Positions 50,097 to 62,700 of a stretch of DNA of 64,000 nt are shown here, one piece after another. The position numbers were made by a program, and so were the translations under genes. The notes beneath the pieces are model-generated. The model saw only the letters and a program-made list of their open reading frames with translations. It did no database searches and had not been told where the DNA came from. Source of the DNA: a virus; IMG/VR virus record IMGVR_UViG_3300042731_005759, positions 96,001 through 160,000 of that record. One strand, written 5' to 3'. How positions within the stretch are numbered: the first letter of the stretch is position 1; each line of letters starts with the position of its first letter.

Positions 50097-53000
50097 ATGG
50101 CATTACAACAAATATATTGGGAACAGATTGCAACAGAAAATGTTGCTTCAGGATCGGTAATTAATTTAGGTACACCCTCATCCTCAATTAATAATATCTA
50201 CGCAAAAAATTTCTATGTAAACGGTACACAGAGTTTACTTGATTTAGTTGGTGGAGGTGTTGAAGCGGGGATAGGTCCATTAAATATCTTCTCTTCTTCA
50301 GTTTTAGAGTCCTTAGAGTTTACTGGTTCTAATTTGACAGTCAAAGGTGACTTGAATGTGTTAGGTACTTTTACCTCTTTAAGATCCGAAACAGTAGTTT
50401 TAGATGATAACATAATAGAATTAAATGGTTCTGATGAGTCATTTGGTGGTTTACTTGTAAAGGATCCAACAGCACCAAACTTAGTATCAGGTTCATTATT
50501 ATGGGACACAACTAATGATAGATGGATTGGTGGTCCATTGGGGGGTGAGGAAAATTTAGTTATAACAAGTGAATTAACGACATTATCATCTTCATTATCA
50601 TCATCGATTAATGAGTTATCCCAATCAGTATCTACATCTTTCGACCAAGTTAATAATGATTTAACTGATTTATCATCCTCATTATCTGCTTCGATAAATG
50701 AATTATCACAATCAGTATCATCTTCGTTTGATCAAGTTAATAATGATTTGACAGATTTGTCATCTTCATTATCATCATCGATTAATGAGTTATCGCAATC
50801 AGTTGATTCCTCATTTACTCTAACAGATGGTCGTTTAATTGAGTTAGAATCGACAGGTTCGGATCATGAAGGTAGAATAGTTGGATTAGAAACTTTTAGT
50901 TCCTCATTAGATGCAACTTTTGCGACAGATGAACAATTAACACAATTATCACAATCTATTACGTCCTCAATCGGTGAACTATCATCATCTGTTGATGGAA
51001 GACTAACCAATTTAGAGTCCTTCAGTTCCTCATTAGATGCAACTTTTGCGACAGATGAACAATTAACACAATTATCACAGTCATTAACCTCTTCTATTGG
51101 AGAATTGTCATCCTCACTTAGCGATGCGATCAATGATGTACAAACGGATGTTGAGGCAAGTAACATATTTCAACAAACAGGGTCATATTATGGTACATCT
51201 GAAAATTTACAGATATCAGGTAGTGGTTTAGATTCACCTGATGGTTCTATCACAGGAAAATATGGTGTGATAGTATCACATTCACTACATGCAGAGAATA
51301 TTAATGTGGGTAGACCAACCTCAAACGATTGGGGTACAATGAATGGGTCATACTTTAACAACTTTAACGAAAATACAGACGTTTCGGAAATTATTAGATT
51401 CATGGCGGGATTATTATCGTCATCGGCACCTGATGCGTCACCAAATACAAAATATTATAATGGATATGACAAAAATACCTACAATACATCTACTGATAGT
51501 GGTATAGGTGGTTATATTCCACAAGGAACAACTAACCAAACACTATTAGATCTTATATCTGCGGGTCACGCATCTATTGGTGGTACAATATTAGGTTCTT
51601 TTGGTACTTTTTATACAAATCCAAACTATAGACACTCATTTAGTAGTAATTCGGGTGGATCAACAAGTGTAAGATCGTCTTCAGATAACGAATTATTCGG
51701 TTTAGGTAGATTAAGTAGTGGTACGCCTACAACATTTAAGGTATCGGGGTCATTCACATTCAAAAAATTCGATCATAATAGGGTTCTTATTGAAGAATCG
51801 AGTTCAAATCACGTGATAATTCAATCAGGTGATGGTACCACAGACGGTGTGACCCTTAAAAAGATAGAATCATCGAATCCTGAACTAATACCTGCGGGGT
51901 ATCAAGACGGAAAATATGTGAATGTATTTTCACCAAGTATAATTAGTGCAGGTACTAATATATCGGATATAGGTTATTATCATATATCAAGTTCCATATC
52001 AATTGCAAGTGGATCAAGTGATTACACAACACCAATATCAAACAATACTGAGATATTATACGGTCCAATACCAACAATAGAGTCAGGTATTGGTTCAACA
52101 AATTTAGGTGTAGGTGCAACTATAGATTCATATGACCAATTAACGGCCACATCAAGATCATTAAGTGGGGCACCTTACCTACAGACAGCGACATTCGAAG
52201 CGTCAGGTTCAATTACAGGTACATTCAATAAATTATACCAAAATGGAACACATGGTTCTATGACGGGTAATAGTGGACAAAGATCCGCCTCTGTTTCAAA
52301 TGGTAGAATATCAACATCGGGTGTATTCTTCGACAGTACATTTACAACACCTAGAAATAGTGGTGATATCCCAACAATTGACGATACAATAAAATTAAAT
52401 AGTGGGTTAAGTTGGAGTGCGGGTACTGGTTATGGTACCTCAGCGAACCAATCAGTATCCATTTCAGGTACAGGTTATGGTGGATCTAGATCAGCGTCAC
52501 AAAGTAAATCAGTTCACACCGCAGGTACCTTTGGACAACCTTCCGCAAGTGGTAGTTTACATTATTATGGTAGATCACAGACATATGATGGATCAAGTGA
52601 CACATCAGAAAATTTTACAGGAGAAGGTAGACGTTTACAATTGAATGATAATTTACTTTCTTTTGGGGGTGACTCTTGGAATAACGGATTTGAATTATAC
52701 TCATTACTTGGTAACGAAGATTTACAAGTTAGACCTAACAGATTGGTTAAACCTGGTGGTAATAACGGATATTGGTTAACAAATCCAAGTTCATCAAGTG
52801 ATTACAAGTATTATGTGAGAAAGTTCTCCACATCAGGCACAAAAACAAGTATGAGTATCTCTGTTAGTGGACCATCACTAGTTTCATGGGATTCAACAAA
52901 TAATAATTCAGCTTCGGTTGCTATTATGTTCGAATCCACCTCAACAAATGTTTACACCAATGCAAGATTTTACGATCCAACAAAAACATTGGAAAACTTT

Positions 53001-53222
53001 GTGGGGACGATTAATGCAAACACAGATGGGACAAATCCATTTGGTTCGGATATTGATTTATATGGTAACACGGGTGGTTCAGGATCAGGAGGATCGTACA
53101 CACTACCAATAAGAAACTCAGACGGTATGTTCTTAAATGCAACATACAATGAAATAATAGTATTAGTTAGATACAAAGGTGATCCGTCACCTATAACATC
53201 TATGACAGTAAGTTTTAGTTAA
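50097..53222 (+). CDS. Tail-fibre/tail structural protein with Ser-rich coiled coil
   Basis: DNIIELNG...SGSLLWD module, heptad repeats LSSSINELSQS, S/G/T-rich beta C-terminal part. Confidence 0.7.
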   Translation: MALQQIYWEQIATENVASGSVINLGTPSSSINNIYAKNFYVNGTQSLLDLVGGGVEAGIGPLNIFSSSVLESLEFTGSNLTVKGDLNVLGTFTSLRSETVVLDDNIIELNGSDESFGGLLVKDPTAPNLVSGSLLWDTTNDRWIGGPLGGEENLVITSELTTLSSSLSSSINELSQSVSTSFDQVNNDLTDLSSSLSASINELSQSVSSSFDQVNNDLTDLSSSLSSSINELSQSVDSSFTLTDGRLIELESTGSDHEGRIVGLETFSSSLDATFATDEQLTQLSQSITSSIGELSSSVDGRLTNLESFSSSLDATFATDEQLTQLSQSLTSSIGELSSSLSDAINDVQTDVEASNIFQQTGSYYGTSENLQISGSGLDSPDGSITGKYGVIVSHSLHAENINVGRPTSNDWGTMNGSYFNNFNENTDVSEIIRFMAGLLSSSAPDASPNTKYYNGYDKNTYNTSTDSGIGGYIPQGTTNQTLLDLISAGHASIGGTILGSFGTFYTNPNYRHSFSSNSGGSTSVRSSSDNELFGLGRLSSGTPTTFKVSGSFTFKKFDHNRVLIEESSSNHVIIQSGDGTTDGVTLKKIESSNPELIPAGYQDGKYVNVFSPSIISAGTNISDIGYYHISSSISIASGSSDYTTPISNNTEILYGPIPTIESGIGSTNLGVGATIDSYDQLTATSRSLSGAPYLQTATFEASGSITGTFNKLYQNGTHGSMTGNSGQRSASVSNGRISTSGVFFDSTFTTPRNSGDIPTIDDTIKLNSGLSWSAGTGYGTSANQSVSISGTGYGGSRSASQSKSVHTAGTFGQPSASGSLHYYGRSQTYDGSSDTSENFTGEGRRLQLNDNLLSFGGDSWNNGFELYSLLGNEDLQVRPNRLVKPGGNNGYWLTNPSSSSDYKYYVRKFSTSGTKTSMSISVSGPSLVSWDSTNNNSASVAIMFESTSTNVYTNARFYDPTKTLENFVGTINANTDGTNPFGSDIDLYGNTGGSGSGGSYTLPIRNSDGMFLNATYNEIIVLVRYKGDPSPITSMTVSFS
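50898..51079 (+). repeat. Exact 56-bp direct repeat with 126-bp period
   Basis: 50898-50953 is identical to 51024-51079. Confidence 0.85.
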
Positions 53223-53224
53223 AA

Positions 53225-54433
53225 ATGGCATACGATAAGAACACAAAATCAAGTAGGTTTTTACAAAGTAGGAGATATACACATAATACTCTCACCGATT
53301 CACAAGAATCTTTTACCTCGGTATTAGATTTAAATTCAGGTGAGATTTATGTTGATCAACAATTAATACCTTCTTCGGGATTACCATTTAACAGTTCCTC
53401 TGATCATTTATCAGTCTATACTGATTCTAATACTTCACAAGACGTATTAAAATATTGGTATAGACATAAACTTACTAAATCAGATTTAAATAATGAAGTT
53501 TGGTTTTTCTTAGACCCTGTCGGACCAAGTAGTGGGATAGGTGCACAGTTAATTAGTGATGATCAAGAAGTTAATTTCATCTCACCTAAGTATGGTGTAC
53601 CTTCATTGGCAAACTCAACAGTTGAAGATTCCACACCAGGATATCTCATTAAACTTTTTGTTTCAAGTAACTCGACTTCTCCATCCAACGGCGATTTAAG
53701 ACAACCATCAACATACTCATTTGATTACAAAACAGGGGTAGTACAATTTATAAGTGGTACACCATCAAGTAGTCAGTATGTTTACATGAGTGTTTATCAG
53801 TATGTTGGTAGAACACTTAGCGACCAATTAGGTGGTGGAGGTGCAGGTTCGATCCAAGACATCTTTAAACCAACAGGTTCATTTTACGCAACAACAAACG
53901 ATGTACAAATAACTGGTTCTTTAGATATAACTGGTGATTTTACTGTACATGGTACGTTCACATCATCGTTATCGGAAACAGTTATAATCGATGATAATAT
54001 TATTGAACTAAATGGTAACGAGTCTTCATATGGTGGTTTAAGTATTAAAGACACACAAAACCCGAATACTGTATCAGGTTCATTATTATGGGACACAACA
54101 AATGATCAATGGATTGCGGGTCAACAAGGATCCGAAGTTCCAATTGCAAGAAAAGATCATTTGATTTGGGGTCAGACAGGATCCATGTGGTCGGCTAATA
54201 GTGATTTAGAAGTCACAGGTTCTGTTACTATTAAAGGTGATTTAAAAGTTGAAGGACAAACAACATTACAATCTCAAGATGTAAACCAAGACTCTTTAAT
54301 TGTCTCTGGTGCGATGAGTATTTTAAAAAATGAGATAAATAGTCAAATAAGATCCGCCTCTCTCAACATAGAGAATTTAGGTAACTTAGGTGATAGGTCA
54401 GATAATTCTGTATTAGACTTAGGTGGTTTCTAA
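53225..54433 (+). CDS. Tail-fibre-associated structural protein
   Basis: DNIIELNG...SGSLLWD module, TGS repeats, C-terminal LDLGGF. Confidence 0.7.
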   Translation: MAYDKNTKSSRFLQSRRYTHNTLTDSQESFTSVLDLNSGEIYVDQQLIPSSGLPFNSSSDHLSVYTDSNTSQDVLKYWYRHKLTKSDLNNEVWFFLDPVGPSSGIGAQLISDDQEVNFISPKYGVPSLANSTVEDSTPGYLIKLFVSSNSTSPSNGDLRQPSTYSFDYKTGVVQFISGTPSSSQYVYMSVYQYVGRTLSDQLGGGGAGSIQDIFKPTGSFYATTNDVQITGSLDITGDFTVHGTFTSSLSETVIIDDNIIELNGNESSYGGLSIKDTQNPNTVSGSLLWDTTNDQWIAGQQGSEVPIARKDHLIWGQTGSMWSANSDLEVTGSVTIKGDLKVEGQTTLQSQDVNQDSLIVSGAMSILKNEINSQIRSASLNIENLGNLGDRSDNSVLDLGGF

Positions 54434-54442
54434 AATGTACGA

Positions 54443-54449
54443 TATTTAT
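54443..54449 (+). promoter_or_regulatory. Putative late promoter TATTTAT
   Basis: GATATTTATT upstream of 54488. Confidence 0.6.
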
Positions 54450-54487
54450 TAGATAATAAACAAATAATTAAATTCTAAAAAAAGAAG

Positions 54488-56563
54488 ATGGCTCAAATTA
54501 TTAAACACAGAAGAGGTTCGATTGGTGATGTTAAGACCACAACAACAAGAAATGGTGAGGTCTTAGTTGCATCGGGATCAATTTCTGATTTATCAGGACC
54601 CTTTGTTTTCATCGGTTCTCCTGTTTCTTCGGATGAGGGTGTCGCGGGAGCGTTTAAACCTACATCGAAAATTTATTCGGGTACGAATGCACCTACAATC
54701 GGTGCGGGTACCTACGGTTCCATCCTTGACGGTACTCCTTTCTATGCTTCTTCTAACGAGTCATTATACATATTGAACAATGACGGTGTTGGTAATGATA
54801 GATTAGACTTAACGGGTAACATCGAAGGTAATACCATAAACGCAACGACTATTACGACACTAACATCGACTGATGTCAATACTACAAATGTTACTGCAAC
54901 AGGTAATATTAGTGCTGTTGATGTCTCGGCATCGGGTGATGGTACTGTTGGTGGAGATTTAACTGTTACAGGTGATATTTCAGGTGCTAACCTATCTTTA
55001 TCGGGTAATGCAACAATTGACGGTAATATTGTATTAGGTGGTAACATTAACATAGGTGACGCAGATACTGACACAGTATCTTTTGGTGGTGAAATTACCT
55101 CAAACATTGTCCCTGATGTACATAATACTTATGACCTTGGATCGTCAAGTAAGAATTGGAGAAACTTACACGTAAGTGGAACGGCTTACATCTCAACATT
55201 AGCGACAGACGATATCCAACTTACTAGTCTAAGTCTACCAGGTAACCTAACTGTTTCAGGTTCAACAACATTCAATGGTGATACAATAATTGGTGATGAA
55301 GGTGGTGATACACTAACTATCAATGCAGGAACTATCGATATACCAAACATTTCTGCAGGAACAGACAATACAGTACTTGTTTATAACGGTTCTTCTATTG
55401 TTCATGATGAAATTGACGCAAGAGTTTGGGGATCAACTTTAATTGATGGTTCAGGTACTGCAACACAAATTTCATTTTTCAGTGACACAGATAGTATTAC
55501 AGGTGACAGTGATTTAACATATAACTCAACTACAAATGTCCTTTCAGTAGGAAGTTCGACAGTAGGTAATGATATATCTGCGGCGGGTACTTTAACAGTA
55601 ACCACTACTTCTGAATTAAAAGGTGCGGTTGGGATTAACTCAACACTAAACGTTACAGGTTCTGCACAATTAAAATCTTCTTTAGATGTTGACGGTGAGG
55701 CTACATTGGCAAGTGCCACTGTAGAAGACCTAACTTCAGGTAGAGTAGTATTAGCAGGAACAGGTGGTGCTATTGAAGACAGTGGTAACTTAACATTCAA
55801 CGGTTCAACTTTAGGGGTAACTGGTGATGTTGATGCGTCAGGTGACTTAGGTGGTGCAACTGCAACGATTACAGGAAACGCTGATATCGGTGGTAATGTA
55901 GGTATCTCAGGTAACACTACAATGACAGGTACATTAACAGTTAATGATAACGTATCTATCTCAGGTAACTTAGAGGTATTGGGTAGTGCGACTAACGTAA
56001 CATTACAATCACAAACAGTAGAGATTGATGATAACATTCTTAGATTAAACGCGTATTCTCCATTCGAGAGATATGCAGGTTTTGAAGTTATCGACTCAGG
56101 TTCTTCAAGTACTTCGGCATCTTTATTATGGGATTCACAAAATGATTATTGGTCTTTTATAGATGCGGGAGCTAACTCAAGTAAAGTGATCGGTACTGTA
56201 GCGGCAACACAAGGAAGTGAAACAAGTCTTACTAATAACGCAATACCTGTCGCGGCAGGAGCGAACCAAATTGAAGACTCACTTTTAACTGAGAATGGTA
56301 CTACACTAGCATATAACACTAACAAATTTACTGTAGCGTCTTCTGATGGAGCCACTTTAATTGCAGGTAACGTAACGGTATCTTCATCAGGTGGATCAGA
56401 TGCGGGTAGTAACACTTCATCTATTGTATTTAGAAATTCTTCTAATGTACTTGGTTATGTATCAACATCAGAAACAACTGATGTGTTAGATGGAATCTTA
56501 GGTTATAAAAATAGTGATGGATCATTGGCCTTCTCGACAGTAATTGATGGAGGTTCATTCTAA
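54488..56563 (+). CDS. Tail fibre protein
   Basis: N-terminal IIKHRRG...GE, beta-repeat shaft (GNLTVSG), DNIL.LN module, C-terminal IDGGSF. Confidence 0.75.
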   Translation: MAQIIKHRRGSIGDVKTTTTRNGEVLVASGSISDLSGPFVFIGSPVSSDEGVAGAFKPTSKIYSGTNAPTIGAGTYGSILDGTPFYASSNESLYILNNDGVGNDRLDLTGNIEGNTINATTITTLTSTDVNTTNVTATGNISAVDVSASGDGTVGGDLTVTGDISGANLSLSGNATIDGNIVLGGNINIGDADTDTVSFGGEITSNIVPDVHNTYDLGSSSKNWRNLHVSGTAYISTLATDDIQLTSLSLPGNLTVSGSTTFNGDTIIGDEGGDTLTINAGTIDIPNISAGTDNTVLVYNGSSIVHDEIDARVWGSTLIDGSGTATQISFFSDTDSITGDSDLTYNSTTNVLSVGSSTVGNDISAAGTLTVTTTSELKGAVGINSTLNVTGSAQLKSSLDVDGEATLASATVEDLTSGRVVLAGTGGAIEDSGNLTFNGSTLGVTGDVDASGDLGGATATITGNADIGGNVGISGNTTMTGTLTVNDNVSISGNLEVLGSATNVTLQSQTVEIDDNILRLNAYSPFERYAGFEVIDSGSSSTSASLLWDSQNDYWSFIDAGANSSKVIGTVAATQGSETSLTNNAIPVAAGANQIEDSLLTENGTTLAYNTNKFTVASSDGATLIAGNVTVSSSGGSDAGSNTSSIVFRNSSNVLGYVSTSETTDVLDGILGYKNSDGSLAFSTVIDGGSF

Positions 56564-56585
56564 GAACTATTTTACAATTAAATTG

Positions 56586-56621
56586 AAAAAAAATCCCTTT
56601 AGAAATAGAGGGATTTTTTTT
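56586..56621 (+). terminator. Intrinsic terminator, possibly bidirectional
   Basis: A-run-TCCCTTTA-GAAA-TAGAGGGA-T8. Confidence 0.85.
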
Positions 56622-56638
56622 ATTATCTAATATCGAAG

Positions 56639-56724
56639 TATTTATAAAGTAACACCTATATAGGTGTTTAAATAAGCGGTATATACCGTGTTGAAATATT
56701 CGAATTAAAAAACCATATATATGG
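56639..56724 (+). promoter_or_regulatory. Late promoter followed by three TATATA-centred palindromes in the leader
   Basis: TATTTATA at 56639; AACACCTATATAGGTGTT 56651-56668; CGGTATATACCG 56677-56688; CCATATATATGG 56713-56724. Confidence 0.7.
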
Positions 56725-59700
56725 GACAAACAGTAAAACTGCGTAGGAGTGCTGTAGCTGGAAAAAAACCCATTAATTCACAGTTAGAATTAGGTGAATT
56801 ATCGGTAAACACTACAGACGGAAAACTATTTTTCGCTAAATCAGGATCAGTTGGACCCTCAGTCCAAGAAATTATAACAACGGACACTGTAAACACAGGA
56901 TCTATAGAAGTATCGGGTTCACTAAGTGTTACAGGAAGTATAACAGGAACACAATTTACAGGTAGTGGACTTGGTTTAACCGAAGTACCCTTAGCACTTT
57001 CAGGATCTGACGCAGCAGATGTCTCAATTGACGGTACGTTTACAAGAATAAAATTCGATGAATCAACGGGTATAAAAATTAGTGGTACAACAGGTGGAGA
57101 TGCAACAGTATTCTTATCAGGAGTTGCATCCGATTCAAATACAACAGAAGGTAGAACCGCGAAACTTACAGTTACAGGTGCAACAAGTACTTGGACATTA
57201 ACACACAATTTAAATGAAAGACACCCCGTTGTTGAAGTATTCGATTCAAACGACGAAATTATAATTCCACAAAAAATTGAAGCCACAAGTGATAATCAAA
57301 TTGTGGTTACCTTCTCGACACCTCAAACAGGTACGGTTACTGCAACTGTTGGTGGTGGATTACCAACAATAGAAAGTGGTTACGGGGGTAGAATTTTATC
57401 TGTTGGAACCGATGGTGTTGCAACATGGAAAACGGGGGTATTAAGTGGTTCTGTAGACCTCACAACACTTACAACAACAAGTTCTTTTAATACTTATACA
57501 TCATCTACCGATGATAGATTAGACAGTATCGAAACGACCTCAGGTTCTCATAGTGATAGACTTGATAGTTTAGAAACCACTTCAGGTTCACAAAATAATA
57601 GAATAGGTTCACTAGAAACAATAAGTTCTTCACATGATGGTAGACTTGATTCACTTGAAACAAAAACAGGTAGTTTAGATAGTGACATCAGTACATTAGA
57701 TGGAAGAGTTGATAGTTTAGAGACTAAAACAGGAAGTTTAGATGGTGACATCAGTACATTAGATGGGAGAGTAGATTCTCTTGAAACAGAAAGTGGTTCT
57801 ATTAGATCTGACTTTAACTCCTATACATCTTCTAATGATAGTACAAATACAACACAAAACAGTAGAATATCTTCTTTAGAAACCACTAGTGGTTCTAATA
57901 TTAGTAGATTAGGTTCTCTTGAAACCGAAAGTGGGTCAATAAGAGGAGATTTCAATACTTACACATCTTCTAATGATAGTACAAACACATCGCAAAATAA
58001 CAGACTTAACTCACTTGAAACTAACAGTGGATCTCAAGCTACCGACATTGGTACTTTACAAAGTTTCCAAGATGACGTGGAGGCGGGATTACAATTCACA
58101 GGTTCTAATGTCACAGTAAAAGGAAACTTATTAGTTAAAGGAACAGAAACTAAAGTAAATTCCACAACGGTTGATATCGGTGATAATATAGTCTCATTAA
58201 ATGGAACAGGAGCAACCAACGCGGGTATAGAGGTCAGAGACACTGAATCACCAGGTGTATTGTCAGGTTCTTTAATATATGATACAGGTGATAACACTTG
58301 GAAGGCAGGTATCAAAGGAAGTGAAGAAAGAATATTAATTAATAGTGACCTTACAACATTAGATGGTAGGTTAGATAGTTTAGAAACTACTAGTGGGTCA
58401 CATGGAGATAGGATTGATAGTATTGAAACATCAACATCATCTTTAAACTCATTTACAAGCAGTATAAACACAACAATTAAAAATAAATTAAACACTGATG
58501 GTGTAATAAGTGGTTCTGAACAAGTAGATCATGATGCAACTACAAATTACAGTGCGAACGAACATATTGACCACTCAACAATCACAATAGGTAGTGGAAA
58601 AGGTTTAAGTGGTGGGGGAACTATTGTTACTAATAGGAGTTTAGAATTAAATACGGGATCAAACCATTTCTTGGACGGTGTAAAATCTAAACTAAATAGT
58701 GAGACAGTTGTAAGTGGATCTGAACAAATAGACATAACATCAACAACAAACTATAATTTAGTTGATGGTAGGTTGGACAGTATTGAAACATTTACAGGAA
58801 GTATTGATAATACATATGCAACTGATACTGACGTAACTAATTTAAGAAACACTTTAAATACATATACTTCCTCTAATGACAGTACTAACACAACACAAAA
58901 TAGTAGAATAAGTTCATTAGAGACTACTTCAGGTTCACATGATGGTAGACTTGACTCACTTGAAACTAAGACGGGTTCACTAGAAACCACTAATACCACA
59001 CAAAATAGTCGTTTATCTTCACTTGAGACTAAAACAGGAAGTTTAGACTCTAAAAATAACACACAAGATAATAGACTTGATTCACTTGAAACAAAAACAG
59101 GTAGTTTAGATAGTGACATCAGCACATTAACAAATACTGATGAAGGTATGAGGGAAGACTTCAACACATATACTTCATCAAACAATAGTGTTAATACCAC
59201 ACAAGATAATCGACTAAATTCTTTAGAAACAAAAACAGGTAGTTTAGATTCTGATATATCCACATTAGATAGTAGGGTCGATAGTTTAGAAATTAAGACG
59301 GGTAGTTTAGATTCAGACATAACCACATTAGATGGAAGGTTAGATTCACTTGAAACGGAAAGTGGTAGTATTAGAACAGATTTTAATTCTCACACATCGT
59401 CAATAAACGGTAGGGTTGATAGTGTGGAGAATAAAATAGACTCTCTCCAAACGGAAAGTGGTAGTATTAGAAGTGATTTTAATTCATATACTTCGTCAAA
59501 TGATAGTACGAATACCACACAGAACAATAAAATATCCTCTTTAGAAACAACAAGTGGTTCACACAACTCACGTTTAACTAATTTAGAAACCTTCGAGACT
59601 AAAGTAGATAACGGATTAGAATTTACAGGTTCTAATGTGACCATTAAAGGTAATTTATTAGTAAAAGGTACCGAAACAAGAGTTAATTCAACCACTGTAG

Positions 59701-62700
59701 ACATAAATGATAATATAATATCACTTAATGGTAGTGGTGCGGCAAGTGCAGGTATAGAAGTACAGGATGTTACTTCTCCAGGTACATTATCAGGTTCATT
59801 GATATGGGATGGAAGTAACAATTATTGGAAAGCGGGTACAAAAACAAACGAAGAAAAGATTTTAGTACAATCAGACTATACCACATTAGACGGAAGATTA
59901 GACTCCTTAGAAACTACGAGTGGATCTCACGAAGGTAGATTAGATTCGATTGAATCTCAAACAGGTAGTTACCTTACTTCATATAATAATGAGTATACTA
60001 CAGGTGCGACATTTAACACAAGTAATGGTCTTATTACATTTACAAGAAATGATGGTGATACCTTTACTGTAGATATTGATGGGAAATACGCGGAGTCAGG
60101 ACATAACCATGACGATAGATATTATACGGAGACTGAAACAGGTAACTTCTTTGATGGTACTACAAGTATTAGTGGTTATAATAAAACAAATTGGGATAAC
60201 GCATATGGATGGGGAGATCACTCTACTGTAGGTTATATAACAGGATTTACTGATACAAATATCCACACTACGGGAGCGACATTTGGTACCTCTGATGGTA
60301 TCATAACATTCACAAATAATCAAGGTGACACATATACTGTTGATATTGATGGTAGATTCTCATTATCAAATCATAACCACGATGATAGATACTACTTAGA
60401 AACAGAAATAGATAATTTCTTTGATGGTACTACAAGTATTAGTGGTTATAATAAAACAAATTGGGATAACGCATATGGATGGGGTGACCACAGTACAGCA
60501 GGTTACTTAACTTCATATAATAATGAATACACGACGGGAGCAACTTTTAATACAGGTAACGGTATAATTACTTTCACTCGTAATGATGGTGATACCTTTA
60601 GTGTGGATCTTGATGGTAAATATTTCGAGATTAGTGGAGGTACATTGTCGGGTAATATTACTATACAACAATCAAATCCAACAATTACACTTGATGAAAC
60701 TGATGTCACCGCAAGATGGAGATTAAGGACTTCAGGTGGTAGTACAAGATTCCAATACGCATCTGATGCGAGTACATATAGTGACTTTTTAACTTTAGGT
60801 GCGACATCTAATACTATAGAAAATAACACAACCTTTAATGGTACTGTTACTGCATCTTCTTTAATTAAAAGTGGTGGGACATCATCACAATTCCTAAAAG
60901 CAGATGGTAGTGTGGATTCGAATACGTATCTTACGTCTCACCCTAACATATCCGCAGCATCCTCATCTAATAATTCAGGTAGAACATATATCCAAGATCT
61001 TTTATTGGATGGTAATGGACATGTCACGGGAATTACAACCGCAACTGAAACAGTCACAAATACGGATACCAACTATTTTACTACAGGTGCAACATTTAAT
61101 ACAAGTAATGGTATTATAACTTTTACAGATAACCAAGGAGACACATATACTGTAGATATAGATGGTAGATTCTTAACGAGTTATACTGAAACCGATCCTG
61201 TTTTCACCGCACACGCGGCATATGGTATAACCTCAACTAAAATATCAAATTGGGATACCGCATATGGATGGGGTGATCATAGTACGGCAGGTTATTTAAC
61301 TTCTCACCCATCAATATCTGCAGCATCCTCATCTAATAATGGTGGTAGAACATATATCCAAGATATACTTCTTGATGGAAATGGTCACGTTACGGGTATA
61401 ACTACAGCAACGGAAACGGTAACTAACACAGACACAAACTACTACGTTGATGGATTAAGTTTTGATACGGCTACAGGAGTATTAACCGCTAGTGTCAACG
61501 GTGCAACAAACCAAACCGTAGATCTTGATGGTAGATATTCACTAAGTTCTCATAATCATGATAGTGATTATGTGAATGTGTCGGGAGATACTATGACAGG
61601 AAAACTTACTGTTAATTCAGGTGGTGCATTAATACAAAATTCGGGGAGTTCTCAAAGTACAGTATTAACTATTGAACAAACTGCGGATGTTGGATCGACA
61701 AGTGATTTATTAATTAAAACAGCATATGATAGAGATGTTGGTATTAGGTTAGAAACATTAGGTGGATCACACAACATATGGCAAGATTCTAATGGTGATG
61801 ATGCATTAATAATAAGTGCGGGTGGATATAATAGAACTAATGATGCAACTGCGGTCTTTAAACAAGATCATAGTGTCCAATTACCAAATGGTAGTTTGAC
61901 TGCAACATCAATTATTAAAAGTGGTGGAACATCATCACAATTCCTAAAGGCGGATGGTAGTGTAGATTCAAACACATACTTAACATCTCACCCATCAATA
62001 TCTGCAGCATCCTCATCTAATAATAGTGGTAGGACGTATATTCAAGATATATTAGTTGATGGGAATGGTCACGTTACAGGTATAACTACAGCGACTGAGA
62101 CAGTTACCAACACAGATGAATACACGACAGGTGTTACATGGAATGGTACGACTGCGGTATTGACCTTTACAAGAAATGACGGTGACACGTATAGTGTTAC
62201 CATGTTAGAGACACTAAGTGACGTTACGGTTACGGGTGGTACATATACTAGTGGAACACAAACATTAACATTAACCAAATCTGATGGAAATACTGTTTCG
62301 GTAACTGGTTTTGCGGTAGATACCGATGTGAATTGGTATACTACAGGTGCAACATTTAACACTGGTAATGGTGTTATCACAGGTACTCACCAAGGAGGTA
62401 CGTGGACCGTCGACATCGATGGTAGATATTCTCTAACTAGTCACAACCACGACAGTGATTATTTAGCGTTATCAGGTGGAACACTGACAGGAGGATTAAA
62501 TGGTACCACAGGTACATTCTCAGGTAAAGGTACATTTGACAATTTAGAACTTACAAGTGGTGCAAGACACCTCACAATTACACAAAGTTCTGACGATTGG
62601 TTCATATATAATGACCAACAAGATAACGGTATTGTAATCTACAATGGTACAGGTGGTGTTGAAATTCATTACAGTGGATCATCAATTGCAGATTTTGATA

